Shown here one piece after another: positions 19,145-29,936 of a DNA stretch of 64,000 nucleotides. How positions within the stretch are numbered: position 1 is the first letter of the stretch; each line of letters starts with the position of its first letter. Source of the stretch: Candidatus Caldarchaeum sp. (GTDB lineage Archaea; Thermoproteota; Nitrososphaeria_A; Caldarchaeales; Caldarchaeaceae); NCBI GenBank assembly GCA_038831915.1, contig JAWBKB010000003.1, positions 665-64,664 on the forward strand, written 5' to 3'. Under the pieces are notes generated by a model, which was given only the letters and a program-made list of their open reading frames with translations, was not told the DNA's origin and did not search any database. Made by a program: the position numbers and the translations under genes.

Positions 19145-20266
19145 GTGAAGCTATACGAATATGAAGGCCGTGAACTTTTCCGGCGTTACGGCATTCCTGT
19201 CAACGACTACGTGGTTGCGCGGAGCGTTGAAGAAGCTCGGAAGGCGGCTGAATTTCTCGGCGGCAAAACCGTTGTGAAAGCTCAGGTGCTTGTCGCCGGC
19301 CGTGGAAAAGCGGGAGGAGTGAAGGTCGCGGAAAACGTTGACGAAGCAGTCTTGCACGCAGGGCGAATGATTGGCTCTGTTTTGAAAGGGGAGAAGGTTG
19401 AATCGGTTGTCGTCGCCTCCTACACCGAAGTCGAATCAGAGCTTTATCTGGGCGTCATAGTTGACAGGTTCAAAAAATGTCCTGTCATCATCGCTTCAGC
19501 GGAAGGAGGTGTGGAAATCGAGGAGCTGGCGAGGACAAGCCCAAGCCACGTCCTCAAAACAGATGTCAACCCTTTGATCGGGTTAACCGACTACCAGGTG
19601 CGCAAAATCGTTTCATTCATGCGTCTCAGCGGCGACTTCGCATCTCAGGCCGGTAAAATTCTCCGCAGCCTTTACAGGCTCTTCGTCGAAAACGACTGCG
19701 AGCTTGCCGAAATAAACCCACTCGCCATAACTCCTGACAGAAAGCTCGTCGCGATTGATTCGAAAGTGATTATCGATGAGAACGCTGTTTTCCGTCATGG
19801 TGAATTTCAGCGAGTCGAAGCCGGTTCTGGGCTGGAGGCTGAAGCTCGGAGGCTTGGATTCACCGCTGTCGAGCTCGATGGTGATGTCGGCATAATAGGG
19901 AACGGCGCGGGATTGACCATGGCGACGATGGACATGGTTCAGCTCAAAGGCGGAAAACCCGCGAACTTCCTCGACGTCGGCGGCGGAGCTGCTGAAGACG
20001 TCGTAGACAAAGCCGCTCGACTGCTCCTCACACATCCACGTGTCAAGGTCTTGTTCGTCAACATTTTAGGCGGCATCACGCGTTGTGACGAAGTGGCCCG
20101 TGGAATTGTTTCGGCTTACAAATCCGTCGGCATCGGTAAGAAAATTGTGGTGAGGATGATGGGCACGAATGAAGAGGAGGGGAAGAAAATTTTGATGGAG
20201 AACGGCATATTGCCTTTTGACAGCATGGAGGAGGCGGCTGAGAAAGCCGCGGAGCTTGCGAGGTGA
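19145..20266 (+). CDS. sucC: Succinyl-CoA synthetase beta subunit (ADP-forming, ATP-grasp)
   Basis: 373 aa, GTG start. MKLYEYEGRELFRRYGIPV...VKAQVLVAGRGKAGGVK, typical SucC. Confidence 0.9.
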   Translation: MKLYEYEGRELFRRYGIPVNDYVVARSVEEARKAAEFLGGKTVVKAQVLVAGRGKAGGVKVAENVDEAVLHAGRMIGSVLKGEKVESVVVASYTEVESELYLGVIVDRFKKCPVIIASAEGGVEIEELARTSPSHVLKTDVNPLIGLTDYQVRKIVSFMRLSGDFASQAGKILRSLYRLFVENDCELAEINPLAITPDRKLVAIDSKVIIDENAVFRHGEFQRVEAGSGLEAEARRLGFTAVELDGDVGIIGNGAGLTMATMDMVQLKGGKPANFLDVGGGAAEDVVDKAARLLLTHPRVKVLFVNILGGITRCDEVARGIVSAYKSVGIGKKIVVRMMGTNEEEGKKILMENGILPFDSMEEAAEKAAELAR

Positions 20267-20269
20267 TGT

Positions 20270-21151
20270 GTGTACATGGCTATTTTGGTTAGTGAGGACA
20301 CACGGCTTCTTGTTCAGGGTATCACGGGGCGGCAGGGTGCTTTCCACACCCGTGCGATACTGAAATACGGCACAAAGGTTTTGGCCGGTGTCACTCCCGG
20401 AAAAGCCGGCCAAATCGTTGAAGGGGTGCCAGTCTATGATTCGGTTGAGGACGCGGTCGCGCATCATTCGGAAATCAACACTTCACTGGTCATGGTGCCT
20501 GCACCTTATGCGGGAGACGCGGTTCTCGAAGCCTTGGACGCCGGGCTGAAGCTCGTCGTCGTCATCACGGAACACGTACCCGTCCACGACTCCTTGAAAT
20601 TCATAACCTACGCCAAATTCCGAAACGCTGCAATTGTTGGCCCGAACTGTCCCGGAGTAATCACACCCGGGGCTGCAAAAGTCGGCATCATGCCGGGTCA
20701 CATCTTCAAAAGAGGCAAGGTCGGCATCGTTTCGCGAAGCGGAACCCTCACCTACGAAATAGCCTATCAGATAACTGTGAAGGGAATGGGTCAGTCGACG
20801 TGTGTCGGCATCGGCGGAGACCCCGTCGTCGGGTTGAACTTCATCGACGTCCTCGAACTGTTTCGGAAAGACCATGAAACCGAGGCCGTTGTACTTATTG
20901 GTGAAATCGGCGGAGACCTTGAAGAGCGCGCAGCTGAATACATCGTGAAGACACGGTATCCTAAGCCGGTGGTCGGCTACATCGCTGGAAGAACAGCTCC
21001 ACCGGAGAAACGCATGGGCCACGCCGGGGCCATCATCTCGCTGGGCGCTGGCGACCCTCAGAGCAAAATCAAGGCCCTCACCGAAGCAGGCGTATATGTG
21101 GCTTCGACACCCAGCGAAGTCGCGGCCCAGCTCGCCAAACTCCTGAAATGA
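20270..21151 (+). CDS. sucD: Succinyl-CoA synthetase alpha subunit
   Basis: [25 protein letters not shown] motifs. Start is GTG 20270 or ATG 20276. Confidence 0.9.
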   Translation: MYMAILVSEDTRLLVQGITGRQGAFHTRAILKYGTKVLAGVTPGKAGQIVEGVPVYDSVEDAVAHHSEINTSLVMVPAPYAGDAVLEALDAGLKLVVVITEHVPVHDSLKFITYAKFRNAAIVGPNCPGVITPGAAKVGIMPGHIFKRGKVGIVSRSGTLTYEIAYQITVKGMGQSTCVGIGGDPVVGLNFIDVLELFRKDHETEAVVLIGEIGGDLEERAAEYIVKTRYPKPVVGYIAGRTAPPEKRMGHAGAIISLGAGDPQSKIKALTEAGVYVASTPSEVAAQLAKLLK

Positions 21152-21939
21152 GCCAACTCGTCGAACTCGCTTCACAGGCCCGTGAACTATTCGCGAAAGA
21201 GGCGTCACTCATCAGGCTGGAAGCTAAGCGGCTCCTCGTCGTAGGCGACACACACGGAGACGTTGATTCAACCAAGAAAGCCCTGCAGAAAGCCGACGAA
21301 CGAGGAGCCTTTCCCGTGTTTCTCGGAGACTACGTCGACCGAGGGCCCTACCAAATCGAAAACATCACACTGCTCTTCGAAAGGAAAAACGCCGAACCAA
21401 ACAAGGTCGTTCTTCTACGCGGCAACCATGAAACCCTAACCATGAACACCTACTACGGATTTCTCGAAACGGTGTCGAGGCGCTACGGCGTCAAAGTCTA
21501 CAAACAGGTTCTCGAAGCATTCACGCAGATGTCCTTCGCTGTTGTTTGGCGGGATGTTTTCATGGTTCATGGAGGAATCGCGAAAGGCCTGGAAACTCTT
21601 GAACAAGTGGAACGTGTTCCGAAAGGACAGGAAGACCCGGACGATGAAATCGGGTTTCAGCTTCTCTGGAACGACCCGCGTGAAAACATTTCTGGGTTTA
21701 TGGAAAGCTGGCGAGGAGGTGGCGCGCTGTTTTTCGGCGAAGACGTTCTAATCCATTTTCTCGAAAGAAACAAACTCAGGCTCCTGGTCAGGGCGCATGA
21801 ACCCATGCCGAATGGATACCGCTACATCTTCAACGACAAACTATTGACAATCTTCTCTTGCAGATACTACAACCTTCCTCCCAAAGCTGCACTCTTCGAT
21901 ATCCATAAAAAAGACGCGGAAATAATCGAACTGGGTTGA
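21148..21939 (+). CDS. PPP-family Ser/Thr protein phosphatase (metallophosphoesterase)
   Basis: GDTHGD, GDYVDRG, RGNHE motifs. Start overlaps the sucD stop (ATGA). Confidence 0.8.
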   Translation: MSQLVELASQARELFAKEASLIRLEAKRLLVVGDTHGDVDSTKKALQKADERGAFPVFLGDYVDRGPYQIENITLLFERKNAEPNKVVLLRGNHETLTMNTYYGFLETVSRRYGVKVYKQVLEAFTQMSFAVVWRDVFMVHGGIAKGLETLEQVERVPKGQEDPDDEIGFQLLWNDPRENISGFMESWRGGGALFFGEDVLIHFLERNKLRLLVRAHEPMPNGYRYIFNDKLLTIFSCRYYNLPPKAALFDIHKKDAEIIELG

Positions 21940-22811
21940 AGATCTCACCAAACATTTTCCTCATAGACACCGAAGCTCTCGGTTTTGAGCAAACAGTCGC
22001 CTGCTACGTTGTTATAGGGAGAAAAACTGCGATCATCGACACCGGTTATTCTTCGAGCGGCGACGTATTGCTAAATGCTTTAAAGGCCTATGGTGTGGAG
22101 AAAATCGACTACATCATTCCTACTCATGTTCATCTCGACCATTCCGGCGGTGCCTGGGTTCTCGCCGAAAAATTCCCCAACGCAACCGTGTTGGCCCATG
22201 AAAAAGCTGTGAAACATCTCGTCGACCCGACACGGCTCGTCGCCAGCGTCCGAGAAGTTTACGGCCCTGATATCATGCAGCTGTTCGGCGAAGTTAAACC
22301 TATAGAGGCCGACCGCGTGCATAAGGTGAGTGATGGTGAAACTCTTTCGCTCGGCGACGTCGACCTCGTCTTCATCTACACACCAGGCCACGCACCCCAC
22401 CAGTTCTCCATAATCTTAGACGACGGCTCTCTTTTCACCGCGGACGCCGTTCCCGTAAAATATCCCGGCAAACCCTACGTAATTCCGTCAACACCGCCCC
22501 CTAGCTACGATTTCGACCAATATATCGCAAGCCTCCGTATGCTCGGTGAGAAACAGGCGAAAAAGTTTCTCACACCGCATTTCGGCCAAACAACGGCAAG
22601 CCATGAATGGGTTGAAAATCTCATCCAGAAAACCTATCAATTTGTATCCGTGGCGGAGAAAGCGTTCAAACAAGGCAGAGGACTCGGAGCCATCTACAAC
22701 GCCTTACACGTCTTTATCCGGTCTCAAACAGATGAAGAACTACCCGTATATGCCGAAAGTCTGCTGAAAATTTCAGCGATGGGACTGTATGAATATTTCC
22801 GTAAAAAATGA
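21936..22811 (+). CDS. Metallo-beta-lactamase fold hydrolase
   Basis: HVHLDHSGG motif. Start overlaps the stop of the phosphatase gene. Confidence 0.7.
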   Translation: MKISPNIFLIDTEALGFEQTVACYVVIGRKTAIIDTGYSSSGDVLLNALKAYGVEKIDYIIPTHVHLDHSGGAWVLAEKFPNATVLAHEKAVKHLVDPTRLVASVREVYGPDIMQLFGEVKPIEADRVHKVSDGETLSLGDVDLVFIYTPGHAPHQFSIILDDGSLFTADAVPVKYPGKPYVIPSTPPPSYDFDQYIASLRMLGEKQAKKFLTPHFGQTTASHEWVENLIQKTYQFVSVAEKAFKQGRGLGAIYNALHVFIRSQTDEELPVYAESLLKISAMGLYEYFRKK

Positions 22812-22848
22812 CTGAAATCTATTTTACCGAGGCCATTGGGGTAAATTT

Positions 22849-23778
22849 GTGCCGTTAATCAGCGTTATTGGCTCTGGCAGGGTTGGAACTTCCACTGCTC
22901 TCCAAATCGCGATGCGTGAGCTCGGAGACATCGTTCTCGTCGACATCGTTCCAAACCTTCCCCAAGGCGAAGCACTTGACCTCAACCACATGGCTGCGAT
23001 TCTCGACCTTGACGTAGAGATAACTGGTTCAAACGACTACCGTGACATCAGCGGCTCGGACGTCGTGGTTGTTACCGCGGGCTTTACCCGTAAGCCAGAC
23101 ATGACACGACTAGACCTCCTGCTGAAAAACGCCGAAATCATCAAAGACGTTTCCCGCCACATAAAGGAATATGCACCAAAATCCAAGGTAATTGTTGTCA
23201 CTAACCCGCTTGATGTCATGACTTACGTGGCGTATAAAATGACCGGGCTTGAAAGTAGGCAGGTCATGGGTTTCAGCGGCTTGCTTGACATCGGACGTTT
23301 CCGCTATATGATTCATCGACAGCTCGGGGTCAGTTACAAATCTCTACGAGGCATGGTCATCGGCGAACACGGCGACAGCATGGTTCTCCTCCCGCGATAC
23401 ACGTATGTCGGTGTTGAACCGCTCGCCAAATTCATAGATGAGAAAACCATAGCGGACACCATTGAAGCCACACGTAAAGCAGGAGCCGAAGTAATCAGGC
23501 TGAAAGGCTGGTCGGCTCATCACGCTCCCGGAGCCGGCGCCGCCTTGATGGTTTCCGCGATAATCCGTGACGAAAAATCCGTGATACCGACTTCGGCGTT
23601 GCTCGACGGACACTACGGTGAAAAAGACGTTTACGCAGTTGTTCCATGTGTTCTCGGCGCCGGCGGAGTCGAAAAAATAATCGAGCTAAGCCTGTCCGAC
23701 GAAGAGATGCGAAAATTCAAGGAAAGCATAAAAGTGTTGAAAACCGCGATAGAACAGCTTAGGCTCGACAAGACTTAA
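22849..23778 (+). CDS. mdh: Malate dehydrogenase (LDH-like MDH family)
   Basis: IGSGRVG NAD motif. GFTRKPDMTRLDLL carries Arg at the substrate-specificity position (MDH, not LDH). Catalytic GEHGD. Confidence 0.85.
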   Translation: MPLISVIGSGRVGTSTALQIAMRELGDIVLVDIVPNLPQGEALDLNHMAAILDLDVEITGSNDYRDISGSDVVVVTAGFTRKPDMTRLDLLLKNAEIIKDVSRHIKEYAPKSKVIVVTNPLDVMTYVAYKMTGLESRQVMGFSGLLDIGRFRYMIHRQLGVSYKSLRGMVIGEHGDSMVLLPRYTYVGVEPLAKFIDEKTIADTIEATRKAGAEVIRLKGWSAHHAPGAGAALMVSAIIRDEKSVIPTSALLDGHYGEKDVYAVVPCVLGAGGVEKIIELSLSDEEMRKFKESIKVLKTAIEQLRLDKT

Positions 23779-23804
23779 AAACATGGAATAGAAGCCTTAG
23801 TCGG

Positions 23805-23942
23805 ATGGCTGAAAAAGAAGAGAAAAAATTCAAATGCCCCTACTGCGAATCATATTTCAAGTCGGAGGCAGAGCTGTCCAAACACATAGACCGAATTCAC
23901 ATCGGAAGCGGGCTTCTCGAAGGCAACCGAACAAAATGGTGA
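23805..23942 (+). CDS. Small C2H2 zinc-finger protein (45 aa), not in the supplied ORF track
   Basis: MAEKEEKKFKCPYCESYFKSEAELSKHIDRIHIG: classic C-x2-C...H-x3-H spacing. Confidence 0.5.
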   Translation: MAEKEEKKFKCPYCESYFKSEAELSKHIDRIHIGSGLLEGNRTKW

Positions 23943-23949
23943 ACTTCTC

Positions 23950-25296
23950 GTGGAAGCGGTGGAGGAGCTTTTCTACTACATAGAAGCTAACCGCGGCAAA
24001 TACGTCGAATGGGCGATGCGGTTAATCGGTGTCCCAAGCGTTTCAACTTATGGAAACGGGTTGACTGAATGCGCTGACTTGGTTGCTGAAATGATGGAGA
24101 ACGTCGGGCTCCGCAGTGAGAAGCTGCCCAACACCGAGGGCGGCGGGCCCTTTGTTCTCGGCATCTACAACGCTGAAGCACATGCAACACTTATGTTCTA
24201 CAACCATTACGACGTTCAGCCCGCCGAACCTTTGGAAAAATGGACATCGCCGCCTTTCACACCTGTCATCCGCGATGGAAAACTGTATGGACGCGGGGCA
24301 GCCGACAACAAAGGCAACATCGCGGCCCGTCTCGCAGCCGTCGACGCAGTTCTCAACACCTTCGGCGAGCTACCGGTCAACATAAAGTTCCTCATCGAAG
24401 GCGGGGAGGAGGTTGGCAGCCCTGGCCTTGAAAAATTTGCTGCAGAAAATCGGGACAAGCTTTTTGCGGATGGATGTATTTGGGAATATGGTTACCGCGG
24501 AAAAAAAGGTGCACCCGTGATATATCTCGGAGTTAAAGGAATGGTTTACGTCGAGCTGGAGGCCGAAGGATTAGGCAAAGAACTTCATTCATCATGGGGC
24601 GCAGTAGTCGAAAATCCCGCTTGGCGTCTTGTTCAAGCACTTTCAACTATTCGTTCACCTGACGGCCGAGTAACTGTCGAAGGATTCTACGACGATGTAA
24701 CATATGAAGGCGAGGAGCTTATCAGCAAAGTCGATGTGGAAGAATTCAGCCCTCCGCACAAGCTTCTTACCAGAGTTCATCAGAACTTTCTTAGACATCT
24801 TCTTCTCGAGCCGACCATCAACATCAACGGAATACTTTCAGGTTACACAGGTCCCGGAAGCAAAACAATTATTCCCCCAACAGCTTCGGCGAAGATTGAC
24901 ATCCGTCTTGTTCCACGACAACAGCCTGAAAAAGTTTTTCAATCGCTTCTCGAGCATTTGCGGAAACACAGGTTCAGCGACGTAAAAGCACGGATGATTC
25001 AGGCTTATCCAGCGGCTCGCACGAGTCCAGAAAACTTCATGACGCGTCTCGTCGCTGACACCGCTTGCCAGGCCTACGGCGTGGACCCTCTTGTCGTTCC
25101 GTCGGGATATGCTTCGGGCCCGATGTACGTTGTCACCGATATTCTCGGTGTACCATGTGTTGCGACGGGGTGCGGCTATTTTGGCTCGGCGGTTCACGCG
25201 GCTGACGAAAACATCCGCATCGAAGATTTCGTCGCGCACATCAAGCACATGGCTCTTGTCATGCTGAACTTTCACAGATACATGCATTTCGGCTAA
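23950..25296 (+). CDS. M20-family metallopeptidase (dipeptidase/ArgE/DapE-like)
   Basis: 448 aa. YNHYDVQPAEPLEKWTSPPF and GRGAADNKG motifs. Confidence 0.75.
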   Translation: MEAVEELFYYIEANRGKYVEWAMRLIGVPSVSTYGNGLTECADLVAEMMENVGLRSEKLPNTEGGGPFVLGIYNAEAHATLMFYNHYDVQPAEPLEKWTSPPFTPVIRDGKLYGRGAADNKGNIAARLAAVDAVLNTFGELPVNIKFLIEGGEEVGSPGLEKFAAENRDKLFADGCIWEYGYRGKKGAPVIYLGVKGMVYVELEAEGLGKELHSSWGAVVENPAWRLVQALSTIRSPDGRVTVEGFYDDVTYEGEELISKVDVEEFSPPHKLLTRVHQNFLRHLLLEPTININGILSGYTGPGSKTIIPPTASAKIDIRLVPRQQPEKVFQSLLEHLRKHRFSDVKARMIQAYPAARTSPENFMTRLVADTACQAYGVDPLVVPSGYASGPMYVVTDILGVPCVATGCGYFGSAVHAADENIRIEDFVAHIKHMALVMLNFHRYMHFG

Positions 25297-26411
25297 CGCA
25301 GGAGCCGCAACAAAAGCAGCCGGTAGAAATCCGCGGCCTTCGCCAACTCCTTCACGGCGACTTTTTCACGGAAACTATGTGCGAGCCGAAGGTCGCCGGG
25401 CCCGAAAATCACCCCATCCACTTTCCGAACCCTGTTCATGCGGTTGAGGTCTGTCGCCGCTGGTAAACCCCTCAAAAGAGGACGAATACCAGCCTCTTTC
25501 ATCGCTTCACGACATTCTTTGACGAGCTTCCCACGTATGTCTGTTATGTAGGATGGGATGTGCGAGGTTACCGCCCCCCTTATTTTGACGCTCGGCGGGG
25601 AAGCGGATTTTGCGATGGCGACGGCGGTCCGGAGAGTTGCGGCTGGTTTTTCACCCATGTTTCGGAAGTCGATGACCAACCGGGCTTGGTCGGGAACGAC
25701 GTTTGGCTTAAGCCCCGATTCAAACACTGTGACCGTCGCGGTGTTTCGGGGAAATAACCTGTTTTTCGGGCCATATCCCTTTTCCAGCTTTGCGATCTTC
25801 ACGGCGGTTTTCGCCGCCGCGGTCGCTGCGTTAACCCCAAACGTCGGTGTCGAAGCATGAGTCGGTTTCCCGTAGAAATGAAGGGTTACCTCGGTTCTTC
25901 CACGGCTGCCGGCACAGAGCTGGAGCGAAGTCGGCTCCCCGACGACGACGTAATCCATCTGACCGACTTCTTTCATCAACGACAAGGAGCCCATTCCACC
26001 GACTTCTTCATCGGCCACAGCCATCAAAACAACTCTGCCGCTCAGCTTCTCATCCTCCAGCGATGCTAAACTGGTCAGCATAGCGGCCAAACATCCTTTT
26101 GCGTCGACGGAGCCTCGGCCAAACACATATCCATCCTTCACACCGGTTGTGAATGGATGGAATTTCCAGCGTTCCAAAGACCCGGCCGGCACCGTGTCGA
26201 GATGAGAATTGTAAACGATGGTCCGGCCTTCCCCGAAAAACAGTTCAACCAGTGCTGAAGCTCTTCCTTGGCCATGGTCGATGACACGAGCTTTCAACCC
26301 GTTTTCAGCTGCTTTTTCAGCGAAAAACCTTGCCGCCTCGGCTTCCCTTCCCGGTGGGTTTTCGCTGTTGATGGCCACGAGCTGCGCTGCCAGCTTTGCA
26401 GCAAATTCCAT
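25293..26411 (-). CDS. M20-family deacylase (acetylornithine deacetylase / LysK-like)
   Basis: 372 aa. NSHLDTVP, GRGSVDAKG, ADEEVGGMGS motifs. Confidence 0.75.
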   Translation of the reverse strand: MEFAAKLAAQLVAINSENPPGREAEAARFFAEKAAENGLKARVIDHGQGRASALVELFFGEGRTIVYNSHLDTVPAGSLERWKFHPFTTGVKDGYVFGRGSVDAKGCLAAMLTSLASLEDEKLSGRVVLMAVADEEVGGMGSLSLMKEVGQMDYVVVGEPTSLQLCAGSRGRTEVTLHFYGKPTHASTPTFGVNAATAAAKTAVKIAKLEKGYGPKNRLFPRNTATVTVFESGLKPNVVPDQARLVIDFRNMGEKPAATLRTAVAIAKSASPPSVKIRGAVTSHIPSYITDIRGKLVKECREAMKEAGIRPLLRGLPAATDLNRMNRVRKVDGVIFGPGDLRLAHSFREKVAVKELAKAADFYRLLLLRLLR

Positions 26412-26533
26412 AGACCTCCGTAGGATAAAACGCCTTTTTAACCGTAACTAATCCGGCCCTGCATAGGCCAGCATAGACCACGATGGAGGATGGAGTCTGC
26501 GCAAACGGTCAATATTGCTAATATTCCCGAAGC

Positions 26534-26740
26534 CTAAAGGTCGATTCGAACGTATTTGTTCGTCGCTGATGGTTTCTTCTTGCGGGGACTGTTTCGCAGC
26601 AGTATTCCGCAGTAGGGGCAGCGCACACCATCAGTTAGATGGTATACGCGGCATCGGGAACAGTACTTATAGCCGTTTGCGTAACTCCTTCTCGCCGATG
26701 TCTTCTGTAAGAGCAGGGTTTTCTGCACCATTTTCATCAC
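26534..26740 (-). CDS. Small zinc-ribbon protein (68 aa)
   Basis: CSRC...CPYCG four-Cys ribbon. Divergent from gcvH across an AT-rich promoter region. Confidence 0.3.
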   Translation of the reverse strand: MMKMVQKTLLLQKTSARRSYANGYKYCSRCRVYHLTDGVRCPYCGILLRNSPRKKKPSATNKYVRIDL

Positions 26741-26910
26741 CTTTTTGCGAATGAATTTCCCTATATAGATTGCGTAAGTGTATTATATATATTTTGATAT
26801 GAGGCTAATAGATATCGACTGTAAATAGTCATCCTGAGAAAACAAAACAATTAACCTGCGTCACATCTCCTTAAATAACGCCTCATTTCGCTAGCTTCGG
26901 GTAGTTCATT

Positions 26911-27333
26911 ATGTCGGAAAGATATGAAGTTCCCGACGACCTACTGTATACGCGAGACCATGAATGGGTTCAGCAGGAAAAGAAGTATGTTATTGTTGGG
27001 ATTACTGATTACGCGCAGAAGAAGCTGCGTGAAATAATCTATGTTGAGCTACCGCACATTAACACGAAAGTTCGGACTCGCGAAGTTTTGGCCACGGTTG
27101 AGTCGGTCAAGTCGACGGCTGATGTTCTTGCTCCTGTTTCGGGCCGTGTGGTCGAAGTCAATTCAAAGCTGCTTGACCATCCGGAGATGTTGAACGAATC
27201 GCCTTACCGCGATGGCTGGATTGCCAAGCTTGAAGTTTCCGACCCATCGGAGTTGAACAAGTTGCTCGACGCCGACGAATACCGCCGGTTTCTCGAAGAG
27301 CTTGAGGAGGAGAAGACCGAAGAGGAGGCTTGA
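26911..27333 (+). CDS. gcvH: Glycine cleavage system H protein (lipoyl carrier)
   Basis: 140 aa; lipoyl-lysine context VESVKSTADVLAPVSG. Confidence 0.85.
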   Translation: MSERYEVPDDLLYTRDHEWVQQEKKYVIVGITDYAQKKLREIIYVELPHINTKVRTREVLATVESVKSTADVLAPVSGRVVEVNSKLLDHPEMLNESPYRDGWIAKLEVSDPSELNKLLDADEYRRFLEELEEEKTEEEA

Positions 27334-27339
27334 ACGTCG

Positions 27340-27687
27340 TTGGTGTTGGTTAAGGTTCAGCGTATCACGAGTTACACAGACCCCGAAACCATGCGGCCGG
27401 GAAAAATCATCGAATTGGTTGAAGTGAGGCGGAGCGGTGGTTTTCAAGCCGTCGGAATGGGGGAAGAATCGGTCATGATTCAACGCATGCTTCAGACCGC
27501 GATGCTCCAGCTTCAGTCGATGGGTTTGATGCCGATCGGCCGCGAATCTCTCTTCCCAAAAATCATCCTCTACGTCACCGAGCAGGAATACGACATGTTG
27601 AACGTCAAACTCGAAGTCAACGAAGTCTACGAAGTCAAGTTCAGCAACGGCTCGATTATCTTCAGTAAACCCGAAGGCATCGGATAA
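27340..27687 (+). CDS. Hypothetical protein (115 aa) immediately downstream of gcvH
   Basis: ORF only; short gap after gcvH suggests co-transcription. Confidence 0.3.
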   Translation: MVLVKVQRITSYTDPETMRPGKIIELVEVRRSGGFQAVGMGEESVMIQRMLQTAMLQLQSMGLMPIGRESLFPKIILYVTEQEYDMLNVKLEVNEVYEVKFSNGSIIFSKPEGIG

Positions 27688-27771
27688 ATCATCGAACTTT
27701 TACCTCAGGTCTAGTCTTTCGAAGAGAGTTACATACGCTTAATTTACTGTGCTGCATTTTTTGTTTGACGG

Positions 27772-28747
27772 GTGATGTTAGCAGGCCGTGTCCTTGTTTT
27801 GGAAGGAGCAGGTGACATGGGCGGCGGCGTTGTCGAGAAACTCGTCGAGCTTGGAGTTGAAGTTGACATCGGGGACATCAACGTTGTTCATGCGTTTAAG
27901 GTTGCGGAATCTTTGAAGAACGCGGTGGACATAACAGTGGTAAAGACCGATGTGTTGTCCCGAACAGAATTAATCACTGTTGCCAGAAAATACGACGTCG
28001 TCGTCAACACCGTCGGGCCGTTTTACAAATATGGGTTTTTGGTGGCCGAAACCCTTGTCAAAGCCGGCGTCAACGCAGTGAATATTTGCTACGACCACGA
28101 CGCGGCTGAGAAGATACTGGGCTTGTTTGGAGAAGCTTCGGCGAATGATGTGACTTGTAACTGGTCTCGGATGGACTCAGGGAGTTTCTAACATTTTCGC
28201 GAATCGATGCTGTGAAGAGCTGGGGGGGAGAAGTTGACGCGGTGGACGTTGGTTGGTTTGGTTCGGCAGCTGATTCTAAAGGGCTGGCCGTTGTCATGCA
28301 TCTTTTCCACACGATAACCGGCAAAGCACCCATGTATTTGAACAGGGAAATCAGGCTTGTCGAAGCCGGGTCTTCGCCCATGTTTTTCGAGTTTCCCCGT
28401 GTTGGGCTGCTGAAGCTTTACTACGTGGGCCATCCAGAGCCGTTGATTTTGCCGAAACATCTCAGGGTTTTGAAAAGGGTTTCTGTGAGGGGTTGTCTGG
28501 TGCCGCAGTGGCAAAATAGTTTGGGCAGGATGTTGGTGAAGATAATTTGACAGCGACCGAGAAAAAGCTTGAAAGGCTTTCATGGTTTATTCACAAGATT
28601 GAGAACGCTTTTAGAGCTGGTGGGTTGGAGCTAAGCGGTGTAAAAGTCGTCGCCGAAAAAGACGGCGAAAAAGTGAGTTATTCAGCCGTGGACAGAATGC
28701 GGAAACTTAGCAACACCCGCAGCTCTGGGCACATACCTCATCCTTAA
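27772..28747 (+). pseudogene. Saccharopine dehydrogenase-like oxidoreductase, split over three reading frames
   Basis: N-terminal Rossmann domain 27772..28191. Middle part with HPEPLILPK motif 28212..28550 in another frame. C-terminal part 28547..28747 in a third. A G7 run at 28222..28228 sits at the first junction. Confidence 0.6.
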
Positions 28748-28818
28748 ACACGAGTTGAAGGAAAAGGGTGTTTTCCCACCTGAAGCCGTAATCAGTCCAT
28801 CACATTTTCTCAAGAGGC

Positions 28819-29771
28819 TTGAATAACTTGGCATCCAAACAATCAGACATTAAACTCCTACTCACGGTCTCCGTCGCCTGCATTCTTTTGTTTGTCACGG
28901 TTCATTTCGTCGCTGAACCAATTATCTCCGAAATACCGGTCACAAGGTCTGATATACGGTTCAACGCCACAAAGGCCTATGAATATGCGTCAAAGCTAGC
29001 GACCAGCTTTCCCAACAGACATACCGGAAGTGACGGAGCGTTTCAGGCGTTCATCTGGTTACAAGACGAGCTACGCGGCATGGGGTACGAGGTCTATGTT
29101 CAGGAATTCGAAGTCATGATAGAGGATCGTAGGAAAGGTAGAAACCTGTACGTGATACATGAAAGTGACAGAGCTGAAGCGGTGGCTGTGTTGGCGAACT
29201 ATGACATGGCTCCGATGAGTTTTCAGGCGGCCAGCGACACAGCCGGTCAGGTTGGGGTCTTGCTTGAGCTGGTCCGTTCGATAAAGGAAGTTTCCACGAA
29301 CAGGGCGGTCGTGTTTGCTCTTGTTGATTCAGAGGAATGGGGATGCAGGGCGCCAAACATTTTGTCGAGAATTATGAAGGACCGGCTCTCAAAGCGGTCA
29401 TAGTGGCTGAAGACCCGACAATAGGCAACATCATGGCAATATACCTCGAATCCATGGGCCAGTTCAAAGGCTATTCGCCTCTCTGGCTGAGGAAGCTTTG
29501 CAGAGACGTCGGCGAGCTTCTCGGAATAACTGTTCAAGACCCATATGGATTCGAGGAATACGTTTACAGGGCTGTCGACATTTCCTTCACGGACCAGGGC
29601 CCCATCTTGGCCAATGGAATTCCCGCCATCGAAGTATCAAGCCGAGGAGATAATCCCGAGCTCGCGGCAACCATCTACCACACGCCTTTGGACGTGATGG
29701 AATACATGCGACCACGTTCCTTCGACGTTTACGGCCGATATGTTTACACGTTTCTCAAAAGCCTGGACTAA
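28819..29771 (+). pseudogene. M28-family aminopeptidase, -1 frameshift near 29340
   Basis: Frame 1 ends ...VFALVDSEEWG. Frame 0 continues MQGAKHFVENY (M28 EEWG..G motif split across frames at tggggatg). Confidence 0.65.
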
Positions 29772-29936
29772 GCAATCCATATCCCACCCTACGATGATAA
29801 CTACCTAATGATTAACGGCGGCGTTTTGCCTGCATGGATAACCTTCATAGCCCCCATCCTTCTCACGATGCCAGCCCTGCTCAACACGATAATGCTCGTC
29901 AGAAGACGCGAATCTATCAGCGGTCTTTACTAATGT

